A stretch of 64,000 nucleotides of DNA from a virus: the IMG/VR virus record IMGVR_UViG_3300044800_000286; one strand, written 5' to 3'. The position numbers and the translations under genes are program-made. Below are positions 1-10,243 of this stretch, in pieces. The notes under the pieces were generated by a model. It was not told where the DNA came from and searched no databases. It was given only the letters and a program-made list of their open reading frames with translations. How positions within the stretch are numbered: position 1 is the first letter of the stretch; each line of letters begins with the position of its first letter.

Positions 1-726
1 CTGGTCCACGAAGTTGAAGACCTTCGGGTGCGACTCGTAATAGAGTTCAACGTCTGTGCCGTCCGGCGACAATACGGACACGGCGCTAACCGTGTTGCCT
101 GATCGGGGCGGCGAGCTTGCCAGCACTACCAAGCTGTTCGGAACATAGGCGTCGCTGCCGTCAAGCTCGAATGCCATGAGGCTCTGCCCCGAGGGGATCG
201 GAGGGGAATTGCTGATGGCCCCCGAGGGATTGTCGGCAACCGCTGCTATGAGCTTGTGCCCGCTGTCCAAGATGCAAATGTCGTAGGCGGTTTGAATGTC
301 GCTGGCGGTCACCAGTGTGACACGCGACGAAGTGATGTCCAACGGATACGGACCAAGGTAGGTGGTGTCGTAGGTGAACTTGACCAGATCGGTCAGAGTC
401 GGGTTGGCCGAAGGATCGTCCATCGTGCCGACGATATGCAGTAGCCCCGTGCTGCTGTCGTAACAGACAACGGGATCGAAATCGATGGTTGTAGCACCCA
501 GATTTCCGGTAGCGACGACGGCGAACGATGAGCCGGGGCCGGGATCGGGAGGGACAGAGTTGCTGCGGAGCACTTTGAATTGCCCGGCATACGGGCCGGT
601 CGTAAGCACGTTCGAGACGATGAAAATAGTCTCGGTCGGCGGGGAGACGGACGTGACGACGACGAACTGAGCCCCGCCTGTGCGCAACTCGGCCGCCCAA
701 GAATTCGAGTCTAAAATTGTTATCAC
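1..726 (-). CDS. Probable virion structural protein (partial, runs off left edge; absent from the ORF track)
   Basis: Manual translation from GTG at 726 (GTGA overlap with upstream stop): MITILDSNSWAAELRTGGAQFVVVTSVSPP... open to position 1; beta-rich, S/T/P/V-rich; downstream of the portal. Confidence 0.6.
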   Translation of the reverse strand, partial: MITILDSNSWAAELRTGGAQFVVVTSVSPPTETIFIVSNVLTTGPYAGQFKVLRSNSVPPDPGPGSSFAVVATGNLGATTIDFDPVVCYDSSTGLLHIVGTMDDPSANPTLTDLVKFTYDTTYLGPYPLDITSSRVTLVTASDIQTAYDICILDSGHKLIAAVADNPSGAISNSPPIPSGQSLMAFELDGSDAYVPNSLVVLASSPPRSGNTVSAVSVLSPDGTDVELYYESHPKVFNFVDQ

Positions 727-1277
727 TGGGCCGCTTCCTTGCAAAATCTGCAATCGGAATTAATGATATCTCTGTTGGTGTGCCATCTAATATGACGCCC
801 CTTTTCCAGCACTCCATTTGTTACATTCTGACGGCCCAGCCTTTGAATGTGACCACTATCGACATTGGCTTTTCCTCTCGCACGCGCGCCCAGTATTTGG
901 ATGCGAGCCATATGTCCGCTTTCAACATTTGATCTCCCACCTTTGGCACAAGTTTCTCGTGTTCTAACAGAAGCTAATTGCCCGGTCTCTACCGCTATAC
1001 GACCGCCAACACTGCCACCGGCGCTTGCGACGGCTAACAAGCGCCCGCTTTCAACGGATTTCTTACCCCAAATACGTCCCAATGCCTGTATTTGTCCACT
1101 TTGAACATTAGTTTTAGCCGCCGATAGACCTCCCCTGCGACTGTCTGCTGACCATTGCTCACCGCATTTGCATAAGCAGAGCCAAGTCGGCTTTTTCCGA
1201 GAATCTATCCCTTCTCGGGAAATAACCGTTAATCTATCGAATTTTTTGTTGCTTAAATCAATAAGCCGGGGCATCAC
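723..1277 (-). CDS. Homing-endonuclease-derived protein without a recognisable nuclease core
   Basis: N-terminal FDRLTV...WLCLCKCG module, repeated G-x-x-(N/S)VESG(H/Q) units, C-terminal RWH-x9-CxxC; low GC. Confidence 0.5.
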   Translation of the reverse strand: MMPRLIDLSNKKFDRLTVISREGIDSRKKPTWLCLCKCGEQWSADSRRGGLSAAKTNVQSGQIQALGRIWGKKSVESGRLLAVASAGGSVGGRIAVETGQLASVRTRETCAKGGRSNVESGHMARIQILGARARGKANVDSGHIQRLGRQNVTNGVLEKGRHIRWHTNRDIINSDCRFCKEAAQ

Positions 1278-3859
1278 ATACCTTCACCAGTGCCCTCCGG
1301 ACCTTTGTCAGCCTCTACGCTTTGATCGATTTTCTCAAGTTGCAACCCTTCGGTGAGCTTATCGCCAAGATTGGTGTTAGCCATGAGCCACTCGCCGACG
1401 CTGTTGTATATGTTGCCCAAAACCTCATTAAATTTACTATCATTTACAGTAAACATATCGTCCTCAAGCTTGCGCTTGGCATCTTCGGGATCAATGCTAA
1501 GAAGCTCATACAAAATACTGATGGGCAAGCTTCCTTTACTGTATAGGTTGAACAAAACGTCATATAGGTCGCCGCTGTCACGAAGTGCCATCCTTGAGAA
1601 CGTGATCTTTGGATAAATCCAGCGCGGGCGGCCGTAGTTGTCCATCTCGTAAAAACCACGCTCCATTGCAATCGGGCGAAATATTTGGTCTTCAACGATG
1701 GTTGTTATCAAGTCTCTAAATTGCACGTATGATACTTCCATTATTTGGAGTTGAATTCTGTTACCGCTATATAAACCTTCGCCGATCAGGATTTCCGGGG
1801 AGAGCCCCAAGCCTATCGCCAAGTCGGAGTTGGTATGCTGCCATTCGCCGTCGAGCGAGAGCAGGCGGCCTTCGCTGCCGATCTCCTCCCAACGGGCGTC
1901 ATAATTGAGCACGACGCTGTAATCGGGGTCCGCCTTCGCCTCGTCCACGTGGGCACGCAATGCCATGACCTCGTTCGCCGGGATGCCCGGTGCGATGACC
2001 ATGGTCTTCGGCGTCATGTTGCGGGACGCCAACGTACTTTGTACTTGACGGAGCTTCTCCCTGTAGATGACCGTGCGGATGCAGCGCTGGAGGATCGAAC
2101 GTCCGTGAAGCTCGTACCCGCTCTTCTTGCGGGCGAAGTGGATCACGTAGCTGCCCTTCATCGGGTCTTGGTTCAGGGGAATCTTGCCCTCAAGCTGTAT
2201 CTTTTCCTTGACCTCGGACGGCACGTCCGGGTCTTCAAGGTACGCCTGCTTCTGCTGCTCGGGCGGCTTGTAATAGATCGTCGGCCCGGCTTCCATCGTA
2301 CCCTCGTTGGTGATCTCGATCTGCTCCGGCGGGAGAATCTGGAGGCGGGTCGGGCCATCATATTCGCGGTTGATCACATGCTGGAATAACTCCATATCTT
2401 CTTGTCTCTTCTCGCGGGTTTCCTTGAGTTCCTCCAGCAATTCCTTCTTACGTTCGAGCAAACGGAGGTAGTGCTTCAGTTCCATCAACTCGCGCTGCGA
2501 GGTTACGCTCATGCCCATGCCAATCGCCGACTGCGCGTCTCCCGCCATATCGGGGGAAACCGACATACCTCCTCCACCGCCACCGCCCATCGGGGGAGCG
2601 CCAGCGCCAGCCATGCCGGGGTCGCCGCCCATAGGATCAGCACCAGCGACATCACCGAGCCCTGCGTCCCCGAGGGGAGCGCCCGGATCGACGCCAGCCG
2701 CAGCCGGATCACCAGCCAGAGGAGCGCCCGCACCTGCATCGCCCGCGGGGGGAGCCACAGGAGGAGCCGCGGGCGGCTGCGCCACCTTCTCGAATTCCGC
2801 CGTGACTTGGATCGGGTACTCGTCCTCGCCGTTTGTGCGGCTGAGGAGCTTGCCGAGTTTTACGAAAGATGCCTTATCGGTCTCCGAAGCGATGATGAGC
2901 TTCGCGAGCGACTTCGCGGATACGCCGATATTCTTGGCGACCTCGCGTGTCTTCTTGTTAAGGGTTGCACGTTTGGTTTTAATCTCGGAAAGAGTCCTGC
3001 CCACGTCCTCCCAGACATCAAAGGCGATGCCATCCTTCGTCAGTTCGTCAATTGCCGAAGCGTGTTTCTTTAGCCATGAGGCGCGGTGGGTCGGCTCCAG
3101 ATAATCGAGAATCCGGGCAGAAGTGCCACCGAGGGGGGAGTGGAACTCCGACTCCTTACCGGGCTCCGTGCTGTCCCCGCCTGCACCGCCGTTTTCCTTG
3201 TCGATGATCTTTTGGGCTTCTTTGCAAGGCTCGACCTTAGTCGGCTTCTCGACCCAGATGAAGGCTTCGCCGATGGTCCAGTATTCGCGGCAGGCGTCGA
3301 TGAGCGTCTGGAAGAGCTTGGTGTGCTGCTGGAACCGCTGGTACTCGTCGAATACGTAGTCGGAGAACTCCTCCGAGGAGCACTTGGGCTTGGCAGACTC
3401 CATCTTGGAGAGCGGAAGCTCGGTGTGCATGTCGATGGCGCGGCCGACGATGGGGTCGCGGTCATAGGCGAGGCGGTAGAAACGAAGCTCTTCGGCGCGG
3501 GACGCTGGAAGCTCCAGCGCATCGACCGGGAACTCGTACGAGTAGTAGCCGATGTTGTTCGAGTCGGCGATGTCGGCATACCCGATTCCGCCGTCATTGA
3601 ACAAGCCTGCGGTCTTCACGCTGGGGTCGTCGCCAAGCAGCACGTCCGCCATGCCCCGGAGGGAACGGAGCTTGTTGCGATAGGCGGCGTCGTCATGGAT
3701 TTCGCCGTTTTGGATCGTGGTATATCTTCCGGCAGAGGCAAACTCCTGCACTCGCCCCTGCGCATTCAACGCCTTGGCTACCTTGCGAATGTCAGTAGTC
3801 TTGTTGGTCCCAACGCTTCCGTTTCGTACCCTGCTTTTCGGTTCTTTGTTCTCGGCCAT
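1274..3859 (-). CDS. Phage portal protein with a large internal low-complexity insertion
   Basis: FYRLAYDRDPIVGRAIDMHTELP, REYWTIGE and HFARKKSGYELHGRSILQRC segments typical of large-phage portals; 861 aa. Confidence 0.7.
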   Translation of the reverse strand: MAENKEPKSRVRNGSVGTNKTTDIRKVAKALNAQGRVQEFASAGRYTTIQNGEIHDDAAYRNKLRSLRGMADVLLGDDPSVKTAGLFNDGGIGYADIADSNNIGYYSYEFPVDALELPASRAEELRFYRLAYDRDPIVGRAIDMHTELPLSKMESAKPKCSSEEFSDYVFDEYQRFQQHTKLFQTLIDACREYWTIGEAFIWVEKPTKVEPCKEAQKIIDKENGGAGGDSTEPGKESEFHSPLGGTSARILDYLEPTHRASWLKKHASAIDELTKDGIAFDVWEDVGRTLSEIKTKRATLNKKTREVAKNIGVSAKSLAKLIIASETDKASFVKLGKLLSRTNGEDEYPIQVTAEFEKVAQPPAAPPVAPPAGDAGAGAPLAGDPAAAGVDPGAPLGDAGLGDVAGADPMGGDPGMAGAGAPPMGGGGGGGMSVSPDMAGDAQSAIGMGMSVTSQRELMELKHYLRLLERKKELLEELKETREKRQEDMELFQHVINREYDGPTRLQILPPEQIEITNEGTMEAGPTIYYKPPEQQKQAYLEDPDVPSEVKEKIQLEGKIPLNQDPMKGSYVIHFARKKSGYELHGRSILQRCIRTVIYREKLRQVQSTLASRNMTPKTMVIAPGIPANEVMALRAHVDEAKADPDYSVVLNYDARWEEIGSEGRLLSLDGEWQHTNSDLAIGLGLSPEILIGEGLYSGNRIQLQIMEVSYVQFRDLITTIVEDQIFRPIAMERGFYEMDNYGRPRWIYPKITFSRMALRDSGDLYDVLFNLYSKGSLPISILYELLSIDPEDAKRKLEDDMFTVNDSKFNEVLGNIYNSVGEWLMANTNLGDKLTEGLQLEKIDQSVEADKGPEGTGEGM

Positions 3860-3861
3860 CG

Positions 3862-4611
3862 CTAAGTGCCTTCCCTACTAGAGGTTTTTCGTAGATGAGC
3901 AATGACCATTTCCAATTCTTCAATCGTAGCGTTGTTTTTCAATGTATTGGCTCGATGACTGATGACTTCGGTGTTGGTTTTAAGGTAACCCTTTGTAGAA
4001 TCAATACGATCTAAGGATGGACTAGCATCGCCGACCCTATGCCCGGATCGGAGAGGAATGTGTAGAACAGGACAGACTTCGGGAATAGAAATATCCTGCG
4101 GCGTAATGTTGAACAAGTTCTCCAGAGGCTTGCCTGACCTTTCCGCCCACTCCGTCGCTCGATCTCGGGCCTTTCTCCAAAGACGGTATTCCGGTGTCTT
4201 CCATACGTGATTTTTTCCGTAACTACCCCAGCGCCCGCCTTTAATCAATTGCTCCAAGTTATAGCATCCGCAGCTTATGGTGTGGCTCCGCCTTAAATTG
4301 TCGGCGCTTACTTCTTTCACAGTTCCACAATCGCAGCGGCATTTCCACATTACAGGCAGTCTATCCCCAACACGAGTCATAACCGTCCATCGCCCGAATT
4401 TCTGTCCCACAGGAACCTGATGGCGAGCTTTGAGCGCCTGAAGATTATGACAGCCGCAGCTTTTGCTGTTTTCATTACGCAAATTGTCAGCGTAGACGCC
4501 CCTGACAGTTCCGCAATCACAGCGGCATTCCCAGCAAGCCCGTCCCTTGCGGTTGTCTAACCGTTTGACGACCGTCCATCTATTAAATTTATTACCCGGC
4601 TCTATAGCCAC
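3862..4611 (-). CDS. HNH homing endonuclease
   Basis: Two W-x-CRCDCG...SCGC repeats plus SPSLDRIDSTKGY...N..VISHRANTLKN core. Confidence 0.85.
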   Translation of the reverse strand: MAIEPGNKFNRWTVVKRLDNRKGRACWECRCDCGTVRGVYADNLRNENSKSCGCHNLQALKARHQVPVGQKFGRWTVMTRVGDRLPVMWKCRCDCGTVKEVSADNLRRSHTISCGCYNLEQLIKGGRWGSYGKNHVWKTPEYRLWRKARDRATEWAERSGKPLENLFNITPQDISIPEVCPVLHIPLRSGHRVGDASPSLDRIDSTKGYLKTNTEVISHRANTLKNNATIEELEMVIAHLRKTSSREGT

Positions 4612-4658
4612 AATCGTATCCTCTGTATATAAAACCTAAAGTTGGAATGCTGACTTGA

Positions 4659-5498
4659 TTACTGTTCGGAGTCGGGAGGATTATCGTCCTGATCTTCGGG
4701 CTTTTTGCGCCCTTTGGACTTGGTCGCGTTCTTCTCTTTTTCAAGTTTCAAGAGCTTTTCCTTGGCCCGTTCCAAGAGTTCGGATTCGAGACCGACAGGC
4801 ATGAGCCCGAGGCCCTCGGAGTCCGACTCGGGCGGGGGAAACTTCGAAGCGTACTTCTTTTGCTTCTCCGCCGCCAGGACCCGCGCCTTCCGGGCTTGCT
4901 GGTAGGCTTTCTCCATGGCTTTTTCCATCTTGGCCGCCTGGATGATCTTTGACCGCCGAACCTTTGTCAGCACCCCGAAAGCATCCATCAGGCGCTTCAA
5001 GGTCGGAGCCAAGGCATCCTGTTCCTCAAGCTCAAGGAATCCCCACAGCCTGTTGAGCCACAGCAGCACGGCTTTGGAGCTTTCCTGTGCGCGAACGCTT
5101 AAGCCCATCTGATTGTAAATCCGCCTGGAATCCAATCTCATCAGGCTTCGCTTGCGGTAAATCTCCGCGCCGTCGTCCGATTCCTTGATCTCCCAAGCCG
5201 CAAATTGCGGCGGGAGGTCCTCGGAGAAGGCCTTGGACTTCTTCCCGGCAAGCTCCTCCTTGGTCCTGGCGAATCGGGATTTGCGGAGCTTGCGGGGACC
5301 GACCTTTTTGGCGATGGATTCGTGCTGCTGCCCCGCCTCCAGCCCGACCGCCTCTTCAATGATGTGCCCCGTGTCGTCCTTCTCAAGCTCCTGCGTCCAT
5401 GCGCGCCCGCACCGGCGGCACGTCTCCAGCATGTCCACCGGGCTGCCGCACTTCGGGCACCGCTTGTCCTTCCAACTGGTCTTTTTCTTTTTTGCCAT
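4659..5498 (-). CDS. Hypothetical protein with N-terminal Zn ribbon
   Basis: CPKC...CRRC, basic and helical; RBS upstream. Confidence 0.6.
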   Translation of the reverse strand: MAKKKKTSWKDKRCPKCGSPVDMLETCRRCGRAWTQELEKDDTGHIIEEAVGLEAGQQHESIAKKVGPRKLRKSRFARTKEELAGKKSKAFSEDLPPQFAAWEIKESDDGAEIYRKRSLMRLDSRRIYNQMGLSVRAQESSKAVLLWLNRLWGFLELEEQDALAPTLKRLMDAFGVLTKVRRSKIIQAAKMEKAMEKAYQQARKARVLAAEKQKKYASKFPPPESDSEGLGLMPVGLESELLERAKEKLLKLEKEKNATKSKGRKKPEDQDDNPPDSEQ

Positions 5499-5539
5499 CT
5501 GGATTACCCACTTCTAAACGGTTGGATAGCGGATCGATC

Positions 5540-8500
5540 TCAAGAGACGGGGACTTCCTCTTCCACAACCTCTTCATCCGCGGACAGTTGGAGCACTCCT
5601 TGCTCGGGCGGAGGTTCGTCGCCCAATAACTCCAGCACCGGGCGCTTGACCCTGGCATCGAGGGGTATGGCACCGAGGAACCCGAACTCCGGAGCCGTGC
5701 CGCGGTTCGCTTCGCCGAGTCCCATGCGGGTCTCGTAATCGGCGAGCTTCTCCAGCTTGCTGCCGTCGTCATCCGGCGTGTAGTCGATTGCCCAGTACTC
5801 GTGAAGCTGGCAGACGGCCGTCAAAAGCTGCTTGGCTTCCTTCGGGTCTTGGGTCTTGAACAGCGCGGTCGTCGCCTCGAACGCCCGCGGATGCAGGTTG
5901 GCGTACAGCCATTCCTTTGCCTTGTCCACCCGGCTCTTGTCGCCCGACAGGATCGCCTTCAGCAAATTCCTGATCGTCGGCACGTCGAAGTCGCTCGGGA
6001 TATACCCGGAGATGCCATCAATGCACGTGTAGCCGTAGGGATATTTCTTGTCCATGACGCTGAAGTCCACGTCCCAGCTTCGGCCGTATTCGGCGTCCGC
6101 TTCCACGGGCACAGGCCATTTCATCTGTGCGTGGTACTTCCGCAGCTTCATGAGCCGGGTGAGCCGCGGCAGGACGAACGGCACGTACTCGTTCTTGATG
6201 CTCGCGTCGATCTCGTCGTGCACCGACCCGTGCAAGCGAAACACTTTCTGCACGTCGGGATCGCTCAGCACCCACATGCGGATACGGTTGACGGCGATAC
6301 GCATGAAGTCGCCGCAGATGCCCTGGATCGGGGCGTTCACGGCGACGCGCTCGATCTTGCCCATGAACTTGTTGTACTCGATGGCGTTGCGGACGCCCGT
6401 GTCGGGGGTTTTCCAGAGGCGGTCGGCGGCGTCCTTGTACCTTTTCGCCCGCTCCTCGTCCCTGTCCGCCTTCGACTTTTTCGCCTCCGCCTTCGCCTCG
6501 CGCGAGAGATCGTAGTACTTGCTGACGTTCCTGCGCTCCTCGGCACTCGGCTTGTGGATGCACTTCGCCTGCATAGCGGACTCGAAATTGATGACGCGCC
6601 CGGTGGCCGTCTCGCAGACAAGCTGCAAGCGGGCTCGGTTGCGCTTGATAGCGCACCACTCGGCGTACTTCGGCACGCCCTTCCAGTAATTGGCGATCAT
6701 CTCCTCGCACTTCTCCATCGTGATGGTCGGGTCCTTCTTGCTCATGTTTTCGTAAATGGCGTACGCCGTGCCGCCGTATTGGAGGACGAAGTTGATGATC
6801 TTGCCGAGGCCGCGCAATGATTTTGCCTTGTATTGCGGGCTGTTCGGGTCGTTGTACTGCGGGAACACCTTGGAGGCGGTCAGGGCGTGCTGGTCCCCGT
6901 CGCCCTCAAGGAAGATTTTCTGCAATTCGGGCTCGCCCGACAAGTTGGCGGCCTCGCGGACCTCAATATTACAGTTGTGAGAAAGCAATCCCTCGGCAAT
7001 GAATGTTTTTGTTGAAGTTTTGATCGCAACAACTTCTTGCATTCCAATATGCTCTACAGAAATAACCGTGTCAGGGATGGTGTATTTGCTAGAGCATGTT
7101 TTTCCATCCCACAGTTTTTTACGGGCGTTCTTGATCAAGCGTTCGGGTCGGACACTTCCCAAGAATTTCAAAGAAGCGTTTCTTCCACCTAGAATCCGCA
7201 AACGTTCAACATTAGATTTGTGAGTGTCATGGGCGAGTGTATAACCCATGCCTTCAAGCAGTAGCTCGGCTTTATCGAGCGTCGGCCCTTTCTTCTGTCC
7301 TACTCCAACCCCGGTCCCGGTCGCCCAGCCCTCGCCGTCGAACAAACCGTTGAGGTACCCGGCGTCATAGCTGCGATTCTCCTCCCAGGGGTCGCAGAGC
7401 CGTGCTATTTTATCTCCGACTTGCAAGTTTTTAGAAACCGTCCAACCATGCCTGCCCCGAACTAGTTTTCTACCTCCGGCGGCTCTTTCTGTGAGCCAAC
7501 CGTGATCCTCGGAGACGGTGAAAACGCCTGAATTTGTAGTTATTTTCACACACGGCAACTTAAGGTTTTTTGTACTCAGAACGCGCGAACCACGCATCCT
7601 GCGCCGACCGTATCGAGTACTCGGAAGGTTCTCGTCAAACCCTATTAGCTCTTCCCCCTCAACAACGTCCTTAGCTTGCTTCCATCTCAGGTCGGAAGTG
7701 AGCAGTTTTGTTGACATAGAAACACAGTAATCGATTGAAAAAAATGTCCAGCCCCCTTGCGCGACAAACAAACACCGCAAATTGACTGTCTCCAAGCTAT
7801 CCATCGACGTGTTGGCGATGAGGATGCCGAACTTGTCCTTGCACGTCTGGCACTTGGGCACGAGGCAAATCGCATAGCCTTGGTACTGCCCGATGTGGTT
7901 GTTGACGATGCCAGGAGCCTTTTTCTTGACTATGCGCTTTTCTTTGATGGGCTGCGGGGGGACGGGAACCGCTACCTCCTCGCTCCATTCGGTCAGAGTG
8001 TGCTTGACCGTGGCCTCGGTGTACCCAGTGATGACATCCTCTTCCTCCGTGTGGAAGCATGACGGATGCAGGTCGGACTCCTCGTAGGCGTCCACCTGGT
8101 CCGTCGGGATTTCATCCGGATCGAGCACATTGCCGTAAACACGCCACTGCTCGTCGGGCTCCAGTTTTTTCACGCCTTGGGGATTCAGTTCGAATCCCCC
8201 GTCCCGCTCGAACACGCCGCCAGCGCCGGAAAGACGCCCGCCGCCGACCACGTTCTGCTTGAGGTACATGCGGGCGGAGTTGTCCAGCTTGTCGAACTTC
8301 AGGTTCTCGGGGTGCAGCGCGGCATACTCCTTGAATTTCTTGTAGGTCAGCAAAAACTCGTTATCGGGGCTTCCCTTTAGAAGCTCGATGATGGTTTCCT
8401 TGTCGGTCGAATCGCTGCCTCCGTCGGTCGTGCGATACGGCTTGAACTTCATGGTGGTGAACAGCAGCTTGCTAAGCTGCGCGGGCGAACCGGGGTTGAA

Positions 8501-9601
8501 TTCTTCCTGCCACCCGGCGACAACCGCCATCTCCCGCAATTTCTGGGCGAACTGCTCCGTCTTCTTGGTATGCCAGCGGGAGGTGCGGCGGAGGCGGGGC
8601 ACGTCGATGTTGAACCGCTGCCGTTCGAGGAACGTCAGGCTATCCACAAGCTCGTGGTCGATGCGGTGGATGAGCTTGCGGCTGCGGGCCAAGTCCTTCA
8701 TCCGGTTCCACAGGAGCCAGGTGCAGATGGCGTCGGCGGCGGCGTACCAGAGGGCTAGCTCGATCGGTATCCAAGTGAACGGTACAAACTGGTCCTTCAG
8801 CGCGTTCTTCTGGGTCTCCTCGTTCCACTTGTGGGCGCGGACCTTCGCGAGGTCGTCAAGCTCGACCTGCTGGATGCCCAGCACGGTTTCGGACAAAGCC
8901 TTCAGGCCTCCGGCGTCCCCGGTGTATTGCCCCTTGTCGCCGAGGTCGGCCTTCGGGTCGTTGATGTACTTGAGCACCTGCACATCCTCGAAATGCGGAT
9001 AGGGGCGCAGGTCGAGCCCGAGGCAGATGCGGAGGATTTCGCGGTCGAACTTGGCGTTGTAGAACACCAGGTGCGACCGGTCGAAGAGCCCTTGGAGAAT
9101 TCGGGCGGCATCTTCGCGGGAAACGTTCGTCCCCCTTTCATGGTGGATCGGGACGTAGATGCCCTCGATGCCGTCCGCGGACAAGCATACTCCGGCGATT
9201 TCGACCTTCACTTCATAGACGATGCCTTCATGCGCGTCGAAAAAGATGCGGGTGTCGAGGGAAGTCGTCTCGGTGTCAACGGCGATCACGGGGCAGGTTT
9301 CGCCCATGAAGGCGTGGTGCCGGGACGCGTCGGCGAGAATGCCGCTGGCCCAGGCTTCCAGCGCCTCGGCGGTGTCTATTATCCGGAAGGCCTTTTCGGC
9401 CATCCACGGTTTCTTGATGCTTTCGACCGTGATTTCCCGGAGCTTGGCGCGGAATGCGGACCTGAGGTCCCTGGCGGGCTTGGCTTTCTTGGGCTTTGGG
9501 GGTTTCTTCTCTCGGGGTTTACGTGCCTTGGGGGTTGCGGCATTTTCCTCCTCGGAGGGCAGAAGGCTTATATTCAGCACGCTATCGGTTTCTTCCGCCA
9601 A
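5540..9601 (-). CDS. polA: DNA polymerase, family A (3'-5' exonuclease + polymerase), intein-containing
   Basis: ExoI DTET, ExoII NAKFD, ExoIII YAAAD; motif A IDY|CNIEVR, motif B KIINFVLQYG, motif C VHDE. Confidence 0.95.
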   Translation of the reverse strand: MAEETDSVLNISLLPSEEENAATPKARKPREKKPPKPKKAKPARDLRSAFRAKLREITVESIKKPWMAEKAFRIIDTAEALEAWASGILADASRHHAFMGETCPVIAVDTETTSLDTRIFFDAHEGIVYEVKVEIAGVCLSADGIEGIYVPIHHERGTNVSREDAARILQGLFDRSHLVFYNAKFDREILRICLGLDLRPYPHFEDVQVLKYINDPKADLGDKGQYTGDAGGLKALSETVLGIQQVELDDLAKVRAHKWNEETQKNALKDQFVPFTWIPIELALWYAAADAICTWLLWNRMKDLARSRKLIHRIDHELVDSLTFLERQRFNIDVPRLRRTSRWHTKKTEQFAQKLREMAVVAGWQEEFNPGSPAQLSKLLFTTMKFKPYRTTDGGSDSTDKETIIELLKGSPDNEFLLTYKKFKEYAALHPENLKFDKLDNSARMYLKQNVVGGGRLSGAGGVFERDGGFELNPQGVKKLEPDEQWRVYGNVLDPDEIPTDQVDAYEESDLHPSCFHTEEEDVITGYTEATVKHTLTEWSEEVAVPVPPQPIKEKRIVKKKAPGIVNNHIGQYQGYAICLVPKCQTCKDKFGILIANTSMDSLETVNLRCLFVAQGGWTFFSIDYCVSMSTKLLTSDLRWKQAKDVVEGEELIGFDENLPSTRYGRRRMRGSRVLSTKNLKLPCVKITTNSGVFTVSEDHGWLTERAAGGRKLVRGRHGWTVSKNLQVGDKIARLCDPWEENRSYDAGYLNGLFDGEGWATGTGVGVGQKKGPTLDKAELLLEGMGYTLAHDTHKSNVERLRILGGRNASLKFLGSVRPERLIKNARKKLWDGKTCSSKYTIPDTVISVEHIGMQEVVAIKTSTKTFIAEGLLSHNCNIEVREAANLSGEPELQKIFLEGDGDQHALTASKVFPQYNDPNSPQYKAKSLRGLGKIINFVLQYGGTAYAIYENMSKKDPTITMEKCEEMIANYWKGVPKYAEWCAIKRNRARLQLVCETATGRVINFESAMQAKCIHKPSAEERRNVSKYYDLSREAKAEAKKSKADRDEERAKRYKDAADRLWKTPDTGVRNAIEYNKFMGKIERVAVNAPIQGICGDFMRIAVNRIRMWVLSDPDVQKVFRLHGSVHDEIDASIKNEYVPFVLPRLTRLMKLRKYHAQMKWPVPVEADAEYGRSWDVDFSVMDKKYPYGYTCIDGISGYIPSDFDVPTIRNLLKAILSGDKSRVDKAKEWLYANLHPRAFEATTALFKTQDPKEAKQLLTAVCQLHEYWAIDYTPDDDGSKLEKLADYETRMGLGEANRGTAPEFGFLGAIPLDARVKRPVLELLGDEPPPEQGVLQLSADEEVVEEEVPVS
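6974..7726 (-). mobile_element. Intein (251 aa, LAGLIDADG-type) in PolA motif A
   Basis: Starts CVSMST, ends EGLLSHN, +1 Cys; GYLNGLFDGEG block C; GC drop. Confidence 0.9.
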
Positions 9602-9867
9602 GCGACACTCCCCCCCACGGGATTAATACTAGGTTCCGAGTCTTTGCAGGGATTTATCCTCCCTGAACGCCTGTCTATCAGGGAGCAAGACCGTGTGGCT
9701 AACCCGCGGAGTTTTATACCCAGCCTGCTGCGCTGTTGTGTTTAATATTCAATCAGTGGGTGTTGCGATCTGCATCGCTTATTCGAAAGCCCTTAGATTT
9801 TTCGCTTGTAGAATCAACGACTTGGGTTTGGCTATCGGCGTGCTCTATATACAGCGGGAGAAGTGTC

Positions 9868-9948
9868 ATGACCGTCATTCTCGTTCTTGCTTTGTTCGCC
9901 GTGTTCCTGCTGATCGACTACTTCAGGAAAGGCCGTCACGCCGGGTAA
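9868..9948 (+). CDS. Small single-TM peptide (MTVILVLALFAVFLLIDYFRKGRHAG)
   Basis: GGGAG RBS, hydrophobic stretch followed by a basic tail. Confidence 0.4.
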   Translation: MTVILVLALFAVFLLIDYFRKGRHAG

Positions 9949-10206
9949 GTAAGTGGCTTCCCACACGGCCCTCGCCTTCTCGGGCGTGTAATGAGGACCG
10001 TACTCAATAGAACCATCATCCTGAATCCTGAACAAAAACTCCCCGTCCCCATCCGTAACAACCACCCAATATCTGGTCTCGACTTCCATCATTCATCACT
10101 CCGTGGAGGACAGTTGGCATCCATATGGATCATTCGTGGTAGGGGCATTGGCAGCGGGAGGAGTGGGCCTCGCGCGCCAGTTGGTGGGCTTCGATGTCGT
10201 CAATGG

Positions 10207-10243
10207 CTAGTCCTCCACCAAAAAATCTCGTTCCTGTCCTACC
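10207..10243. repeat. 37-bp dispersed exact repeat, copy 1
   Basis: CTAGTCCTCCACCAAAAAATCTCGTTCCTGTCCTACC, identical to 36189-36225. Confidence 0.95.

Noticed and set aside
5801-9745. Long plus-strand ORFs opposite PolA, RecA, the portal and others
   Set aside because: Antisense shadows of GC3-rich genes, with no motifs or RBS.
10207-10243. 37-bp repeat as a CRISPR repeat
   Set aside because: Only two copies, 26 kb apart, with no spacer array and no palindrome; the only Cas-like gene is a lone Cas4-like nuclease.
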